A stretch of DNA of 64,000 nucleotides from Fibrobacteria bacterium (GCA_050294405.1 JBNKOC010000012.1:640001-704000); one strand, 5' to 3'. Shown: positions 19,601 to 29,696, counted from the stretch's first letter. Translations and numbers: made by a program. The notes: generated by a model not told the origin, from the letters alone.

Positions 19601-20734
19601 CTATTTCGAAAGCTCAGTTTGAATTGCTTTTTTTAGCTGAGCTGCAGGAATTTCATCGGCATTTTTTGCTTCGATTAAGCTAAACAAGCCAAACAAATCT
19701 CTGGAATCGTGAGCCATATCTTTTGGGGAAAAAACTCCCAGGGTGCTCTGCTGGCATAAATTTGCCAGATGGAGAGCAGGGGAATCCAGTCCCAAGCTAA
19801 GGTTGCTTTGGTGTACCAGGGCGATAAATTTACCGTAAGAAACATTGCGAAAGCAGGGAAACTTTTCCGAGTAGGACATGGGAATATCTTCTGCATCCTG
19901 ATGGTGATCCATGGACACAGCTATAAGCTTTGTAGTTAGCTTTTCCTCTTTGACAAAAAACTCCTGGAGCCAATCAATTAAAGCCATCTGTCTTTTTTTC
20001 AAGGCGGGGTTAGTGTCCCATAAAAAACAAACCAATTTGTTTTTGGAAAGGTTTATAAAATGGGATAGCTCCCGCAAAATTTCCTGGATATTTTGCTCAT
20101 TGGCCTTAATCTCTACGAGCTGTTTTTCGTCTTTTAAGCCTTCTTCCGTAAACAATTCGGCAATTTGTTTGTACCTCCAAATTATTTTGGAATCCAAAGT
20201 TGTTTCGATGCCAATGTTATCATATGGATTCGCTTCTAAATCAATTCCAATTCGCAAAGAGGCCTGGGTTAAGCGCTGCAGATAATATTCAATGAGATTT
20301 CGCCTTGAATTCAATTGTAAACTCAAGGTGGGTTTTAGCTGCTTAATACATTTTTGCAAATACAAAAATTGAGGCTCCCTGAAAAACATCTCCGCTTCCG
20401 ATATGGGAAGTGTTTTTGCATTGGGAAACATACTTTGAATTAACACTTCAAATTTGGGGTGCCCAACTATCCACACCTCTGCTTTTTTAACCTGGCAAAT
20501 AAGATTTATGAGTGGAATAGACAGGTAAAATTCCGTCCAGTTATCCGGTAAAAAAATAACCGCCGAATGAAAGGACTTAAAAGAGTGGGGGAAGTCAAAA
20601 GATAGGTCCCGAAAATTTTTATTTGTGCGCCACCAGATAAATTTTTCCTGAAAACGATAGGGAAAAAAATTTAACGCTTTCAGTGGCCATTTTTGGGCCA
20701 ATTTTTGGGGAAATAATTCCTTTTGATTGATCAT
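19601..20734 (-). CDS. Glycosyltransferase family 9-like (heptosyltransferase-like) protein
   Basis: C-terminal LGLDSPALHLA..TLGVF resembles the GT9 motif DSGxxHxA; N terminus divergent. Confidence 0.6.
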   Translation of the reverse strand: MINQKELFPQKLAQKWPLKALNFFPYRFQEKFIWWRTNKNFRDLSFDFPHSFKSFHSAVIFLPDNWTEFYLSIPLINLICQVKKAEVWIVGHPKFEVLIQSMFPNAKTLPISEAEMFFREPQFLYLQKCIKQLKPTLSLQLNSRRNLIEYYLQRLTQASLRIGIDLEANPYDNIGIETTLDSKIIWRYKQIAELFTEEGLKDEKQLVEIKANEQNIQEILRELSHFINLSKNKLVCFLWDTNPALKKRQMALIDWLQEFFVKEEKLTTKLIAVSMDHHQDAEDIPMSYSEKFPCFRNVSYGKFIALVHQSNLSLGLDSPALHLANLCQQSTLGVFSPKDMAHDSRDLFGLFSLIEAKNADEIPAAQLKKAIQTELSK

Positions 20735-20812
20735 AATCAGATGCTTAGAATATAATAGTATTAATTTTATGGCAAGGATTAACAGCTTGTTGGAGAGTTT
20801 CGCCTTTTTGAG

Positions 20813-23002
20813 GTGGAACCTGTGCTAATATTACCCGGTGTATTAATCGGCCTGGTTGGCTTTTTTGCCGTCCAGCTTTGTCCCCCAGTATTAGAACCCT
20901 TTTATGTGCAGGGTTTTGTGGTTTACATGGGCATTTTGGCCCTGTGTAACTATTTCTTTTTTATTGCTAAAGATAAGTTTTACCCCTTAAGCAACCCTAA
21001 TTTTGTCCTCTTGCTTTTTGTTTTGGCCACCCTGGGCGCCCAGGCTCTGGGAGGCATATATGAGCAGTGGAATTTAGCAGGGCTGATTTTTGTCTGCGCC
21101 GTAGGGGGGCTAAATGCAAAGCCACTTGCCGCTTTAGGGGGTTGGGCGTTGGCTTTTGTTTCCTTAGCAATGCAAAGTATGGGGCTTTTTAATGGTCTTT
21201 TGGAAAATGTTGGCCTGGGCTTGGAAAGCCCAGTGAGCCAGCTCCCCATTTTTCCTGCCATTTCCAGTTTGGTGGTTTTGGGGCTCAGTATTTTTACCGC
21301 TCAAATGCGCATAAAAATTTTAATGAAAATGGATTATTCCCGTATAAGGGACACCCAGACTATTTCCAAAAAAGTTTTTTCTCCTAAAAACCAACCCGAA
21401 CTGATTATAAACACCGAAGAAGATAAGTCTGATACCGGCAACGCCACCCAGCAAATTTTTACAAAAGAATATGCCATCAAACAAAATGAAAAGTCCTTAT
21501 CCAGCTTAAAAGATGTGCTCAACTCGGTGGTTTATTTTATGAGCAAAAATTTCAAAGCCTACAGCTCTATGGGCTTTCTCTACAATGAATCCACCAAAAG
21601 CCTGCATCTAAACGCTGCGGTTTCCAGCTCCGATAATTTTAATAGGAATGTGAATATCAAATTGGGAGAGGGAATGGTGGGAAAAGCTTTTTCCAATCCC
21701 GAGGGTTTTTTAAGCGGCGATTTAAAAAATTATCCCGACAGCATAGAGTATTACACTCAAAATTCGGGCATTAATTCCATTTGTATAATGCCAATTAAAG
21801 ATTTGCAAACCAAAAGAACCTTGGGCCTGCTTGTGGTGGACTCTCAAAATTTAAGGGCCTTCACCGATGTTCATCGGGATTTGCTTAAAAAATTTGCGGA
21901 AATTGCAGCAGCCATGGTTTCCAATGTGATTTTAACCAAGCAGGTATCCTTCCAGGCCAAATGGGCCGATACTCTGTACGAAGTTACCCGCTCCTTGAAC
22001 CAGGTTCAAAAAGTGGAAGATGTGATGGCCCAACTTATTGAAGTTCTACCCAAGATTTTTTCCCATACCCGCATTGTGATTTGCATATACAACTCCAAAA
22101 GCAAAAAAGCCCAAATGTGGAATGTTATGGGAGATAGCACCGGCCTTAAGCGGGGGCTTGAGTTTGAAATTAAAAATGAAAAAAGCTTGTATGGAACGGT
22201 TTTTACCAAGCGCACCCAAATCATAATGGAAAATTACCCCCAAAAAGGAAAAGACTTTTATCGCTTTAATGAAAATATTGATTCCATTATTGAAAAGCCC
22301 CAGGATGTTATGATTGTTCCTTTGTTTGATGACAAGCAGGCGGTGGTGGCTGTAATCGGGTTGGAATCAAACCAGCAGGGCAGTTATTCCGAAAAAGAGC
22401 TGAGAAGTTTAGATACTTTAATGGTGAATTTTTCCACGGCACTTGGAAAGGCCAGGGCCTATGGTGAATTGGAAAAACTGGCAACCATTGATGGCCTAAC
22501 CCAGGTTCCCAACCATCGTAAATTCCAGGATGTATTGTCCACGGAAATGCACCGCACCCAAAGGTACAAGGAACAGTTGACCTTGTTGCTTATGGATATC
22601 GATCATTTCAAAAATTTTAACGATACTTACGGCCACCCCGTGGGCGATGCGGTTTTAAAACAGGTTGCCAAGACCATCCAGAAAACCATTCGCGGTACAG
22701 ATATGGTTGCCCGCTATGGCGGAGAGGAGTTCGTGGTGATAATGATTAAGGCCGACGAAGAACACTCCCGACTTCTGGCCGAAAGAATTTGCCGGGCTAT
22801 TGAGGACATGGAAGTGAAGTACGATAACAAAGTACTTAAGGTCACGGTTTCCATTGGTTCGGCCACTTTTCCCCGTGATGTGCAAACCAAACAAGAGCTA
22901 ATTGATGCCGCCGACCAGGCCATGTATTACTCCAAGGAACATGGCCGCAATCAGGTAAATTATTACAGCCAGGTTAAGCCGGAACTGGAAAAGAAAAGTT
23001 AA
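20813..23002 (+). CDS. Membrane-bound diguanylate cyclase (TM-GAF-GAF-GGDEF)
   Basis: About 5 TMs, two GAF-like segments, DIDHFKNFNDTYGH, I-site RGTD, RYGGEEF. Confidence 0.93.
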   Translation: MEPVLILPGVLIGLVGFFAVQLCPPVLEPFYVQGFVVYMGILALCNYFFFIAKDKFYPLSNPNFVLLLFVLATLGAQALGGIYEQWNLAGLIFVCAVGGLNAKPLAALGGWALAFVSLAMQSMGLFNGLLENVGLGLESPVSQLPIFPAISSLVVLGLSIFTAQMRIKILMKMDYSRIRDTQTISKKVFSPKNQPELIINTEEDKSDTGNATQQIFTKEYAIKQNEKSLSSLKDVLNSVVYFMSKNFKAYSSMGFLYNESTKSLHLNAAVSSSDNFNRNVNIKLGEGMVGKAFSNPEGFLSGDLKNYPDSIEYYTQNSGINSICIMPIKDLQTKRTLGLLVVDSQNLRAFTDVHRDLLKKFAEIAAAMVSNVILTKQVSFQAKWADTLYEVTRSLNQVQKVEDVMAQLIEVLPKIFSHTRIVICIYNSKSKKAQMWNVMGDSTGLKRGLEFEIKNEKSLYGTVFTKRTQIIMENYPQKGKDFYRFNENIDSIIEKPQDVMIVPLFDDKQAVVAVIGLESNQQGSYSEKELRSLDTLMVNFSTALGKARAYGELEKLATIDGLTQVPNHRKFQDVLSTEMHRTQRYKEQLTLLLMDIDHFKNFNDTYGHPVGDAVLKQVAKTIQKTIRGTDMVARYGGEEFVVIMIKADEEHSRLLAERICRAIEDMEVKYDNKVLKVTVSIGSATFPRDVQTKQELIDAADQAMYYSKEHGRNQVNYYSQVKPELEKKS

Positions 23003-23174
23003 CCCTAACGCTGTATAAAAATGGCGATAAGTTTTTACCGCCATTTTTACCCTTCGGGAAAATCCATCTGCTCCCGCAGGACCTGCCCTCCCGACTCCGC
23101 CGTACAAGAAGTACGTCTACGTCAGGTCAGTCACGTGGTGCGGGGCATCTGGAGTTTTTGCACCATTAGGGTTA
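23000..23174. repeat. Nested palindromic element between convergent genes (MITE-like)
   Basis: Ends taaccctaa / ttagggtta; inner stems taaaaatggcg..cgccattttta and cgtac-aagaa-gtacg. Confidence 0.6.
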
Positions 23175-23951
23175 TATTACCTGAGTCAGTATTCCGATAC
23201 CCCCAAAGGCCCAGCAGTACCAGCTAAAGTAATGTAACATCCCTTTTTGCACAAAGTACAACAAAAACTTTAAGGCCACCCATCCCACAATAAAGGCAAA
23301 AGCCGTTCCCACAAACATTTGCATAGCTGATAAAGTCTGAGGAGAATTTGCCATATCGGGTATTTTAAATACACAGGCTCCCGCTATAATAGGTAGAGAA
23401 ATTAAAAAGGAGTATTCCCCGGCTTGCTTGCGGGAAAGGCCCAATAAAAGTCCCGTGGTTATAGTAGTTCCACTGCGGGAGATTCCCGGGATAATGGCAA
23501 AGGCTTGAAATACTCCAATGAACACCCATTTTATCCAGCCCAATTCGCCAACACTGTGGTTTTTTTGGGGCACGAATTTAGGCAAATACAAGATAGCTCC
23601 GGTGAGCAATAACATAAAACTTACAATTAAAGGCGAGTCAAAAAGTCTTTCCAGGGGATCTTCAAAGAGCTTTCCCAATAGGGCAGTGGGAATGGTGGTG
23701 ATAACAATGGCCTTGACTAAGATGAGCTGCTCTTTGTCCTTCTTCAAAGCCCCTGTTATAATAGCCAAAATTTGTTTTCGAAACACCAAAGCAGTCGCCA
23801 ATAAGGTTCCAAAATGCAAAAGCAATTCAAAACTTACATTGTCGTCTTTGATATTGAGCCAGTTTCCAGCCAATACCAGGTGGCCGGAAGAACTTATGGG
23901 TAAAAATTCGGTGAGGCCCTGAATTACGCCTAATATTATTACGGATATCAT
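23172..23951 (-). CDS. uppP: Undecaprenyl-diphosphate phosphatase
   Basis: QGLTEFLPISSSGH, PGISRSG. Confidence 0.96.
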   Translation of the reverse strand: MISVIILGVIQGLTEFLPISSSGHLVLAGNWLNIKDDNVSFELLLHFGTLLATALVFRKQILAIITGALKKDKEQLILVKAIVITTIPTALLGKLFEDPLERLFDSPLIVSFMLLLTGAILYLPKFVPQKNHSVGELGWIKWVFIGVFQAFAIIPGISRSGTTITTGLLLGLSRKQAGEYSFLISLPIIAGACVFKIPDMANSPQTLSAMQMFVGTAFAFIVGWVALKFLLYFVQKGMLHYFSWYCWAFGGIGILTQVI

Positions 23952-23996
23952 GGCAGATAATGTAATTTTTTTTTAAAAAAAGGGGAAAATTAGCCT

Positions 23997-24926
23997 ATGG
24001 GCAAATGCTTGGTAATTGGACTAAACCCGGCGTGGCAAAAAGTCCTTTCCTTCGAGCAAATCAAGATGGGTTCTGTAAACAGGGCGTTTCACAGTGAAGA
24101 ATGTGCCTCTGGAAAGGGGCTAAACACAGCCAGAGTGCTAAAAAAATTGGGGCACGAATGTTGGGTTTTGCAAATATTAGGTGGAGAAAATGGCGCAAAA
24201 TTGCAGAACTACTGCAAGGAAAACCAAATAACCTCCCTTGGCTTTGGGGTTTCTCAAAACACCAGGCAGTGCCTAACTCTTTTGGAAAATGGAAAAGAAA
24301 CAGAATTAATCGAACCCTTTGACCTGCCTGCTGACGAAATCCAAAAAATTAACGAGGGCCTTGTAAGTAAATTAAATAACCTTCCAGAAATGGATGCCTT
24401 GGTTTTTTGCGGGTCTGTTCCCAAAGGGTTATCGGAAAATAGCTTTAACCGAATTTGTGAGCATGTTCCCCAAAAGCATATTTTTTTAGATGGCTTTAGC
24501 GGCTTTAATAAAAGTTTTTTAGAAAAAGTGGACTATTTAAAAATAAATTCTGAAGAACTGCAATCTATGTTAAACGGTTTTGCAGTAAACAGGCCCCAAG
24601 AACTATTTTACGATGTTTTGCCAAAGCTAAAATTGCTATTGGTTAGCAGGGGGAAAAATCCTGCTGATGTATACTGGCGAAGCGAATTAACATCCATTGA
24701 GAAATTTTCTGTTGAAATACCTGAGGTAGATTCTTTAAATGCCATAGGGGCAGGCGATAGCACTCATGCGGGTTTGGTGGATGCTGTTCTAAATGCAAAG
24801 AGCGCTCAAGAGGCCTGTATACATGCCCTTTCCATTGGAACTACAAGCTGCCTGGAAATCCTACCAGCTCATTTTTCAACTGAAAAGCTACGCAACATTC
24901 AACCGCAATTTAATGTGATAAATTAA
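23997..24926 (+). CDS. PfkB family carbohydrate kinase (1-phosphofructokinase-like)
   Basis: GLNPA, GKGLN, KINSEE, NAIGAGD. Confidence 0.85.
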   Translation: MGKCLVIGLNPAWQKVLSFEQIKMGSVNRAFHSEECASGKGLNTARVLKKLGHECWVLQILGGENGAKLQNYCKENQITSLGFGVSQNTRQCLTLLENGKETELIEPFDLPADEIQKINEGLVSKLNNLPEMDALVFCGSVPKGLSENSFNRICEHVPQKHIFLDGFSGFNKSFLEKVDYLKINSEELQSMLNGFAVNRPQELFYDVLPKLKLLLVSRGKNPADVYWRSELTSIEKFSVEIPEVDSLNAIGAGDSTHAGLVDAVLNAKSAQEACIHALSIGTTSCLEILPAHFSTEKLRNIQPQFNVIN

Positions 24927-24927
24927 T

Positions 24928-25674
24928 ATGTCTTCTTCTAAACAAACTTTAAAAATTCTGGTTTGCGCATCCACTAAAGAAGAGTTAAAAGCTTACGGGG
25001 AGTTGGGTGAAAAAGAATGGCAGCAAATTAACCATCATTACATAAGCAAGGGAGTGGGGCTTTTTATTACGGGAGTGGGTATTCCTCAAAGTTGGGAAGG
25101 GTTGCTTTATTGCCACGATCATTTTCAATTTTCCTTGATTTTAAATATTGGTATTGCCGGGGCTTATCCGGGCTTTCGAGGGCGAATCGGGGATGTGGTC
25201 ATTGGCAGTAGTGAAGTGTATGGAGATGTGGGCGTAGAAATCCCATTGGAAAAAGAATCGTCGGTCAGCAAATTTGAATCGCTGGCGAACTTTCCTTTCG
25301 GCCAATTTTATAAGTCCGGGTTTCCACTTAGCTTTCAAACAGATTGGACGGATTTTAATCTTCCTTTTAAGATATTACTGGGCCAGGGCTGTACCGTTAA
25401 CATGTGCGCGGGAACTCAGCTGCGGGGCCAAAGCAGAAGAATGGCCACCCAATCCGATTTTGAATCTATGGAAGGGGCCGTGTTTGCCCAATATGGTGCA
25501 CAAAAAAAAATTCCTGTAGTAGAAATACGAGCCATAAGCAACATTGCAGGGCATAGGGATATGAAACCAGAAAATATTAAATTAGCCTTAAACAATTTAA
25601 CCCAATTTTTATCCAAATTTAAGGAATCTTATGAGCCAGGAAATCTCCATAAACATTTCCCCTTGTCCCAATGA
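24928..25674 (+). CDS. mqnB: Futalosine hydrolase
   Basis: TGVG, NIGIAG, ESMEGA, EIRAISN nucleosidase motifs; adjacent to mqnD. Confidence 0.85.
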   Translation: MSSSKQTLKILVCASTKEELKAYGELGEKEWQQINHHYISKGVGLFITGVGIPQSWEGLLYCHDHFQFSLILNIGIAGAYPGFRGRIGDVVIGSSEVYGDVGVEIPLEKESSVSKFESLANFPFGQFYKSGFPLSFQTDWTDFNLPFKILLGQGCTVNMCAGTQLRGQSRRMATQSDFESMEGAVFAQYGAQKKIPVVEIRAISNIAGHRDMKPENIKLALNNLTQFLSKFKESYEPGNLHKHFPLSQ

Positions 25675-26425
25675 TGTATATATCTTTGGCGCTTTAGTTT
25701 TGGGAAAAGTTGAGGTTCCCGGTTTTAATTTGCGGTTTGATTTTTTGGATATTGAACAGCTCAATCAAAAAGCAAACAAGCAACAGGCCGATGTAATTAA
25801 AGTATCCGCAGCCAATTGGCTGCGTTTAAAAAGTTTTTACAATTTGCTGCCTTGCGGCGGGGCTCTAGGGGAGGGCTGCGGGCCCTTGTTGTTGGGAAAT
25901 ATTCCTGAGAATGAAAAAGCAAAAATATTTCCATCATCCATAATGGTTCCTGGAGAATTCACCACTGCCAATTTTTTGTTGAATTTTTATTTAAATAAAA
26001 ACGCGGTCCACAAAAATTTCCAGCGTTATGATGTATTATATAAAACCCTTATGGAAAAGCGGGGCAGCTATGGTGTAGTTATTCATGAGAGCCGTTTTAC
26101 CTACGAACAGGATGGTTTAACTTTAGTCAAAGACCTGGGCCAGTATTGGGAAGAAAATACGGGACTTCCCATTCCCTTGGGCATAATTGTGCTAAAGGAT
26201 ATTCCCGGGCTTTTTCAGCCTCTTCAAAAGGCCATCGTGGAAAGTATAGACTGGGCTGAGAAAAACACTCAAGAAATTTTAGATTTGTGTCGATTATATT
26301 CACAAAACATGGAGGACAGTGTTATGCTGTCACATATCCGGTTGTATGTAAATCACTACTCCAGGGATATGGGAGAAAAAGGACAGGAAGCCCTGGATAA
26401 ATTGCACAGCATTCAGCTTGGCTAA
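25631..26425 (+). CDS. mqnD: 1,4-dihydroxy-6-naphthoate synthase
   Basis: SPCPND, GGALGEGCGP, IHESRFTY, DLGQYWE, PIPLG, HIRLYVN. Confidence 0.95.
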   Translation: MSQEISINISPCPNDVYIFGALVLGKVEVPGFNLRFDFLDIEQLNQKANKQQADVIKVSAANWLRLKSFYNLLPCGGALGEGCGPLLLGNIPENEKAKIFPSSIMVPGEFTTANFLLNFYLNKNAVHKNFQRYDVLYKTLMEKRGSYGVVIHESRFTYEQDGLTLVKDLGQYWEENTGLPIPLGIIVLKDIPGLFQPLQKAIVESIDWAEKNTQEILDLCRLYSQNMEDSVMLSHIRLYVNHYSRDMGEKGQEALDKLHSIQLG

Positions 26426-26524
26426 TGGGGAAAATATTGCCTGGAATTTTTTTCCCCCAGAAAATAATTCCCCTTTTGTAAATGAATAATCCCTTAAATT
26501 ATTGCGTTTTGCCTGTTTTTTAAA

Positions 26525-26541
26525 TTGGCCCGCGATTTGCG
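26525..26541 (+). promoter_or_regulatory. sigma54 (RpoN) -24/-12 promoter of the flgF operon
   Basis: TTGGCCCGCGATTTGC, GG-N10-GC spacing. Confidence 0.75.
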
Positions 26542-26573
26542 TTTCCCAATTGGGTTAAACAATTGGAAGCTCT

Positions 26574-27311
26574 ATGGTAAACGGATTATATACTTCGTCA
26601 GCAAGCATGATGCACTTGCAAAAAAAGCAGGATATTAACAGTAACAATCTTGCCAATGCTAATTCTACGGGTTTTAAATTATCCAAGCTTATTACCAAAA
26701 CAGAAATAGATATTGGTCGTAACGCCGAACAATTGTTGCATCAGGACGAAGATCAAAACCTCGATGAAGTTATGGTTAATTTTGATCAGGGCCCGTTGGT
26801 ACAAACGGACAATCCAATGGATATTGCCCTTTCGGGGGACGGTTTTTTTGCCGTGCAGGTAGGGGAAGATGTAAGGTACACTCGCAATGGAAGTTTTAAG
26901 GTAAATCCCGAGGGGGAGCTGGTCACCTTGTCCGGCAACCATGTGCTTTTGGACAATGGGGATATTATCCGAATCGAAGGGGGAAAGCTCACTGTCGCTT
27001 CGGACGGGGGAGTATTTGTAGATGGCGATAAAATAGGGGATATATCCCTGGTTAATTTTAGCGCTAAAGAATTTTTAATCCCCCAGGGTGGCGCCCTCTA
27101 TGAAAATGTAAACCCTGCCATAAACCGCGGGGCCCAATCGGCAAGTACAATAGTGAGGCAGGGCTATTTAGAAGGGAGTAATGTTAATTCTGTTTCGTCC
27201 ATGGTAGATATGATATCCCATTTTCGAAATTATGAAGCCAGTCAAAAAGCTCTCCATGCTATAGATGAAACATTGCAAAAGGCAGTTAACGAAGTTGGAA
27301 AAGTCCAATAA
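26574..27311 (+). CDS. flgF: Flagellar basal-body rod protein FlgF
   Basis: NNLANANSTGFK, YTRNG, LEGSNVN; precedes flgG. Confidence 0.88.
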   Translation: MVNGLYTSSASMMHLQKKQDINSNNLANANSTGFKLSKLITKTEIDIGRNAEQLLHQDEDQNLDEVMVNFDQGPLVQTDNPMDIALSGDGFFAVQVGEDVRYTRNGSFKVNPEGELVTLSGNHVLLDNGDIIRIEGGKLTVASDGGVFVDGDKIGDISLVNFSAKEFLIPQGGALYENVNPAINRGAQSASTIVRQGYLEGSNVNSVSSMVDMISHFRNYEASQKALHAIDETLQKAVNEVGKVQ

Positions 27312-27323
27312 TAGGGGTGAACT

Positions 27324-28112
27324 ATGATTAGAAGTTTGTTTACAGCGGCCACGGGAATGAAGGCCAATCAATTGTATGTGGATAATATTTCCAATAATCT
27401 GTCCAATGTAAATACCACAGCTTATAAAAAATCCCAATTGGAATTTGAAGACTTGTTATACCAATCCATTGTGGAGCCTGGTTCGGGCAACGCGGAGGGC
27501 GCGAAACACCCAGCCGGTTTACAGGTGGGCGTCGGAGTAAAAGCAATTGCCAATCAAAAAATATTTGCCCAGGGAAATTTAACCCAAACAGGGAATGCCA
27601 CAGATGTCGCCATTTCCGGTACGGGGTTTTTCCAGGTTATTATGCCCAATGGCGACATGGCATACACAAGGGACGGTTCCTTTAAAATATCTGCAGATGG
27701 AACCATGGTTACTTCCCAGGGGTATTTGGTGGAACCAGAAATAGTGGTTCCCGTAGGCTCTAAAGATTTAACCATAGATGAGCATGGCCGTGTTTATGTT
27801 ACCGTGGAAGATGAAGAGTTGGCCGAGGAAATTGGACAGCTAGAACTCGCCCGTTTTATCAATCCAAGCGGTTTAAAAAGCGAAGGGCAAAACCTGTATA
27901 CGGAAACAGCAGCCAGTGGGGCGCCGGAAATCGGGGTGCCTGGTGAAGATGGCATTGGAGTATTGCAGGGAGGGTATTTAGAAACCTCAAATGTACAGCT
28001 GGTTGAAGAAATGGTAAATATGATTGTGGCGCAAAGAGCTTATGAAATCAGTTCAAAAGCAATACAAACATCTGAAGAAATGTTGCAAATGGCTAACCAA
28101 TTAAAACGTTAA
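27324..28112 (+). CDS. flgG: Flagellar distal rod protein FlgG
   Basis: MIRSLFTAATGM, FEDLLYQ, YTRDGSF, AQRAYE..SKAIQTSEEML. Confidence 0.97.
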   Translation: MIRSLFTAATGMKANQLYVDNISNNLSNVNTTAYKKSQLEFEDLLYQSIVEPGSGNAEGAKHPAGLQVGVGVKAIANQKIFAQGNLTQTGNATDVAISGTGFFQVIMPNGDMAYTRDGSFKISADGTMVTSQGYLVEPEIVVPVGSKDLTIDEHGRVYVTVEDEELAEEIGQLELARFINPSGLKSEGQNLYTETAASGAPEIGVPGEDGIGVLQGGYLETSNVQLVEEMVNMIVAQRAYEISSKAIQTSEEMLQMANQLKR

Positions 28113-29089
28113 TGATTTATAAATTTATCCATCTTCTTTTTTCTCTGGGAATCCTATTTAGCTGGGCTAGGGCAAATACTGTCCAAAAACTGGAAGTTCA
28201 TTTTGAAGAGAGTGTGGAAATAAACAAGGACAACGTCCTTTTTAAGGACGTGGCCATGTTAAGAGGCTATAAAGCGGATTCCTTAAAAAATATTGTGGTG
28301 GGAAAATCCGCCGGGTATGGTCGAAGCCGGTATTTATCCACCTGGCCTATTTATGTAAGGCACATCAAGGATTTGGAATCCAAGGCTGACATTGTTTTTA
28401 AAGGCCCGGAACGGGTAAAGATAACTACAAGTTTTATCCCTGTGAAACGGGACTCCTTACATGAGCTACTGGATGAATATTTTGAGAATTACAATAAAAA
28501 ATCTCGTAGCCATTTTGAATATGATCTTGTATCAGCCCCTTCCAAAATTAAAATTCCCGAAGAAAAAACGGTTATTAAATTAATTCGCAAAGCCAAAGGG
28601 GAACTCAGGGGGAACCAAAAATTTTCCATGCAAATATATAATGGAGAAAAATTGTTACGCAGTTATCCTTTTAAGGTATATGTTAGGCAATTTGACTCTG
28701 TTTTTGTGGCCAGAGAAAAAGTGGAGCGCTCCACCAAATTGGCTAAAAGCTCTGTCAATAAAGAGTGGAAGGATGTTACCAGAGTGTCCGGAGAAATTAT
28801 CCGGGATTTGTCTGTTTTAAAAGGCAGTATGGTGCGGCAGCCAATAGTTTCCGGAAGGGTGATAACCCATAATTTATTTACAGCCATCCCGGTTGTGGAA
28901 CAGGGAGATCCCGTTCAAATAGAATCTAATTCCGGTGGAATTCAAATTACACTTAACGGAATTGCCAGAGAAGATGGTGCCCTTGGGGATGTAATCCGGG
29001 TTAAAAATTTACTATCGAGAAAAATAATTAGGGCGAAAATAGTAGAGCCTGGGAAATTGGTTTTGGTTTCAAACTCCCTTGGGGGATAA
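28112..29089 (+). CDS. flgA: Flagellar P-ring chaperone FlgA
   Basis: Signal peptide; C-terminal GIAREDGALGDVIRVKNLLSRKII; position between flgG and flgH. Confidence 0.9.
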   Translation: MIYKFIHLLFSLGILFSWARANTVQKLEVHFEESVEINKDNVLFKDVAMLRGYKADSLKNIVVGKSAGYGRSRYLSTWPIYVRHIKDLESKADIVFKGPERVKITTSFIPVKRDSLHELLDEYFENYNKKSRSHFEYDLVSAPSKIKIPEEKTVIKLIRKAKGELRGNQKFSMQIYNGEKLLRSYPFKVYVRQFDSVFVAREKVERSTKLAKSSVNKEWKDVTRVSGEIIRDLSVLKGSMVRQPIVSGRVITHNLFTAIPVVEQGDPVQIESNSGGIQITLNGIAREDGALGDVIRVKNLLSRKIIRAKIVEPGKLVLVSNSLGG

Positions 29090-29090
29090 A

Positions 29091-29696
29091 ATGATAAACA
29101 TGATAAATGATTTTTTTAAAAGATATACAGTTCATTTTGGAATTTGCGCATTGTTTTGCATTTCCAATGGCTTTGCCCAGGAAGTTCCTCAAAATTTTTC
29201 CTTGTATACAGATAAAAAAGCAAAAAAAATGGAAGACATTGTTACGGTTCTCATAGTGGAGGAAGCTCAGGCAAAAAATGATACCCGTACAGAAACAGAT
29301 GTGGAATCCAATGTGAATTTTAATTTGGCTCCGGGTCAGGGCGTTTTGCAAAATGTGGTTCCCGGAATAGGCTTTGGCGTGGGTAATGAAGCAGATTACG
29401 ATGGCAGGGGAAAAACCAGTCGATTAGGTCAGGTGAAAGCAAAAGTTTCGGCTCGCATTGTGGCTGTGTACGACAATGGGAATTTGTTAATTGAGGGCAA
29501 CAAGGAGGTGGAAATAAACAACGAAACGGAAATGATTCGCGTCTCTGGAATTATCCGTCCCGAGGATGTGGATTTTGACAATACCATTTATTCCTTTAAA
29601 ATCGCCGATGCCCGGATCCAATACACCGGAAAGGGCGATTCTCAAAACGCCCATCGCCCTGGATTTTTAACCAGATTTTTTAACTGGTTGTTTTAA
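29091..29696 (+). CDS. flgH: Flagellar L-ring protein FlgH (start uncertain, 29091 or 29100)
   Basis: SLYTDKKA..DIVTVLI, NGNLLIEG, SGIIRPED, IADARIQYTG, GFLTRFF. Confidence 0.93.
   Translation: MINMINDFFKRYTVHFGICALFCISNGFAQEVPQNFSLYTDKKAKKMEDIVTVLIVEEAQAKNDTRTETDVESNVNFNLAPGQGVLQNVVPGIGFGVGNEADYDGRGKTSRLGQVKAKVSARIVAVYDNGNLLIEGNKEVEINNETEMIRVSGIIRPEDVDFDNTIYSFKIADARIQYTGKGDSQNAHRPGFLTRFFNWLF

Noticed and set aside
14270..23174. Repeats as a CRISPR array
   Set aside because: No regularly spaced direct repeats with unique spacers and no cas genes
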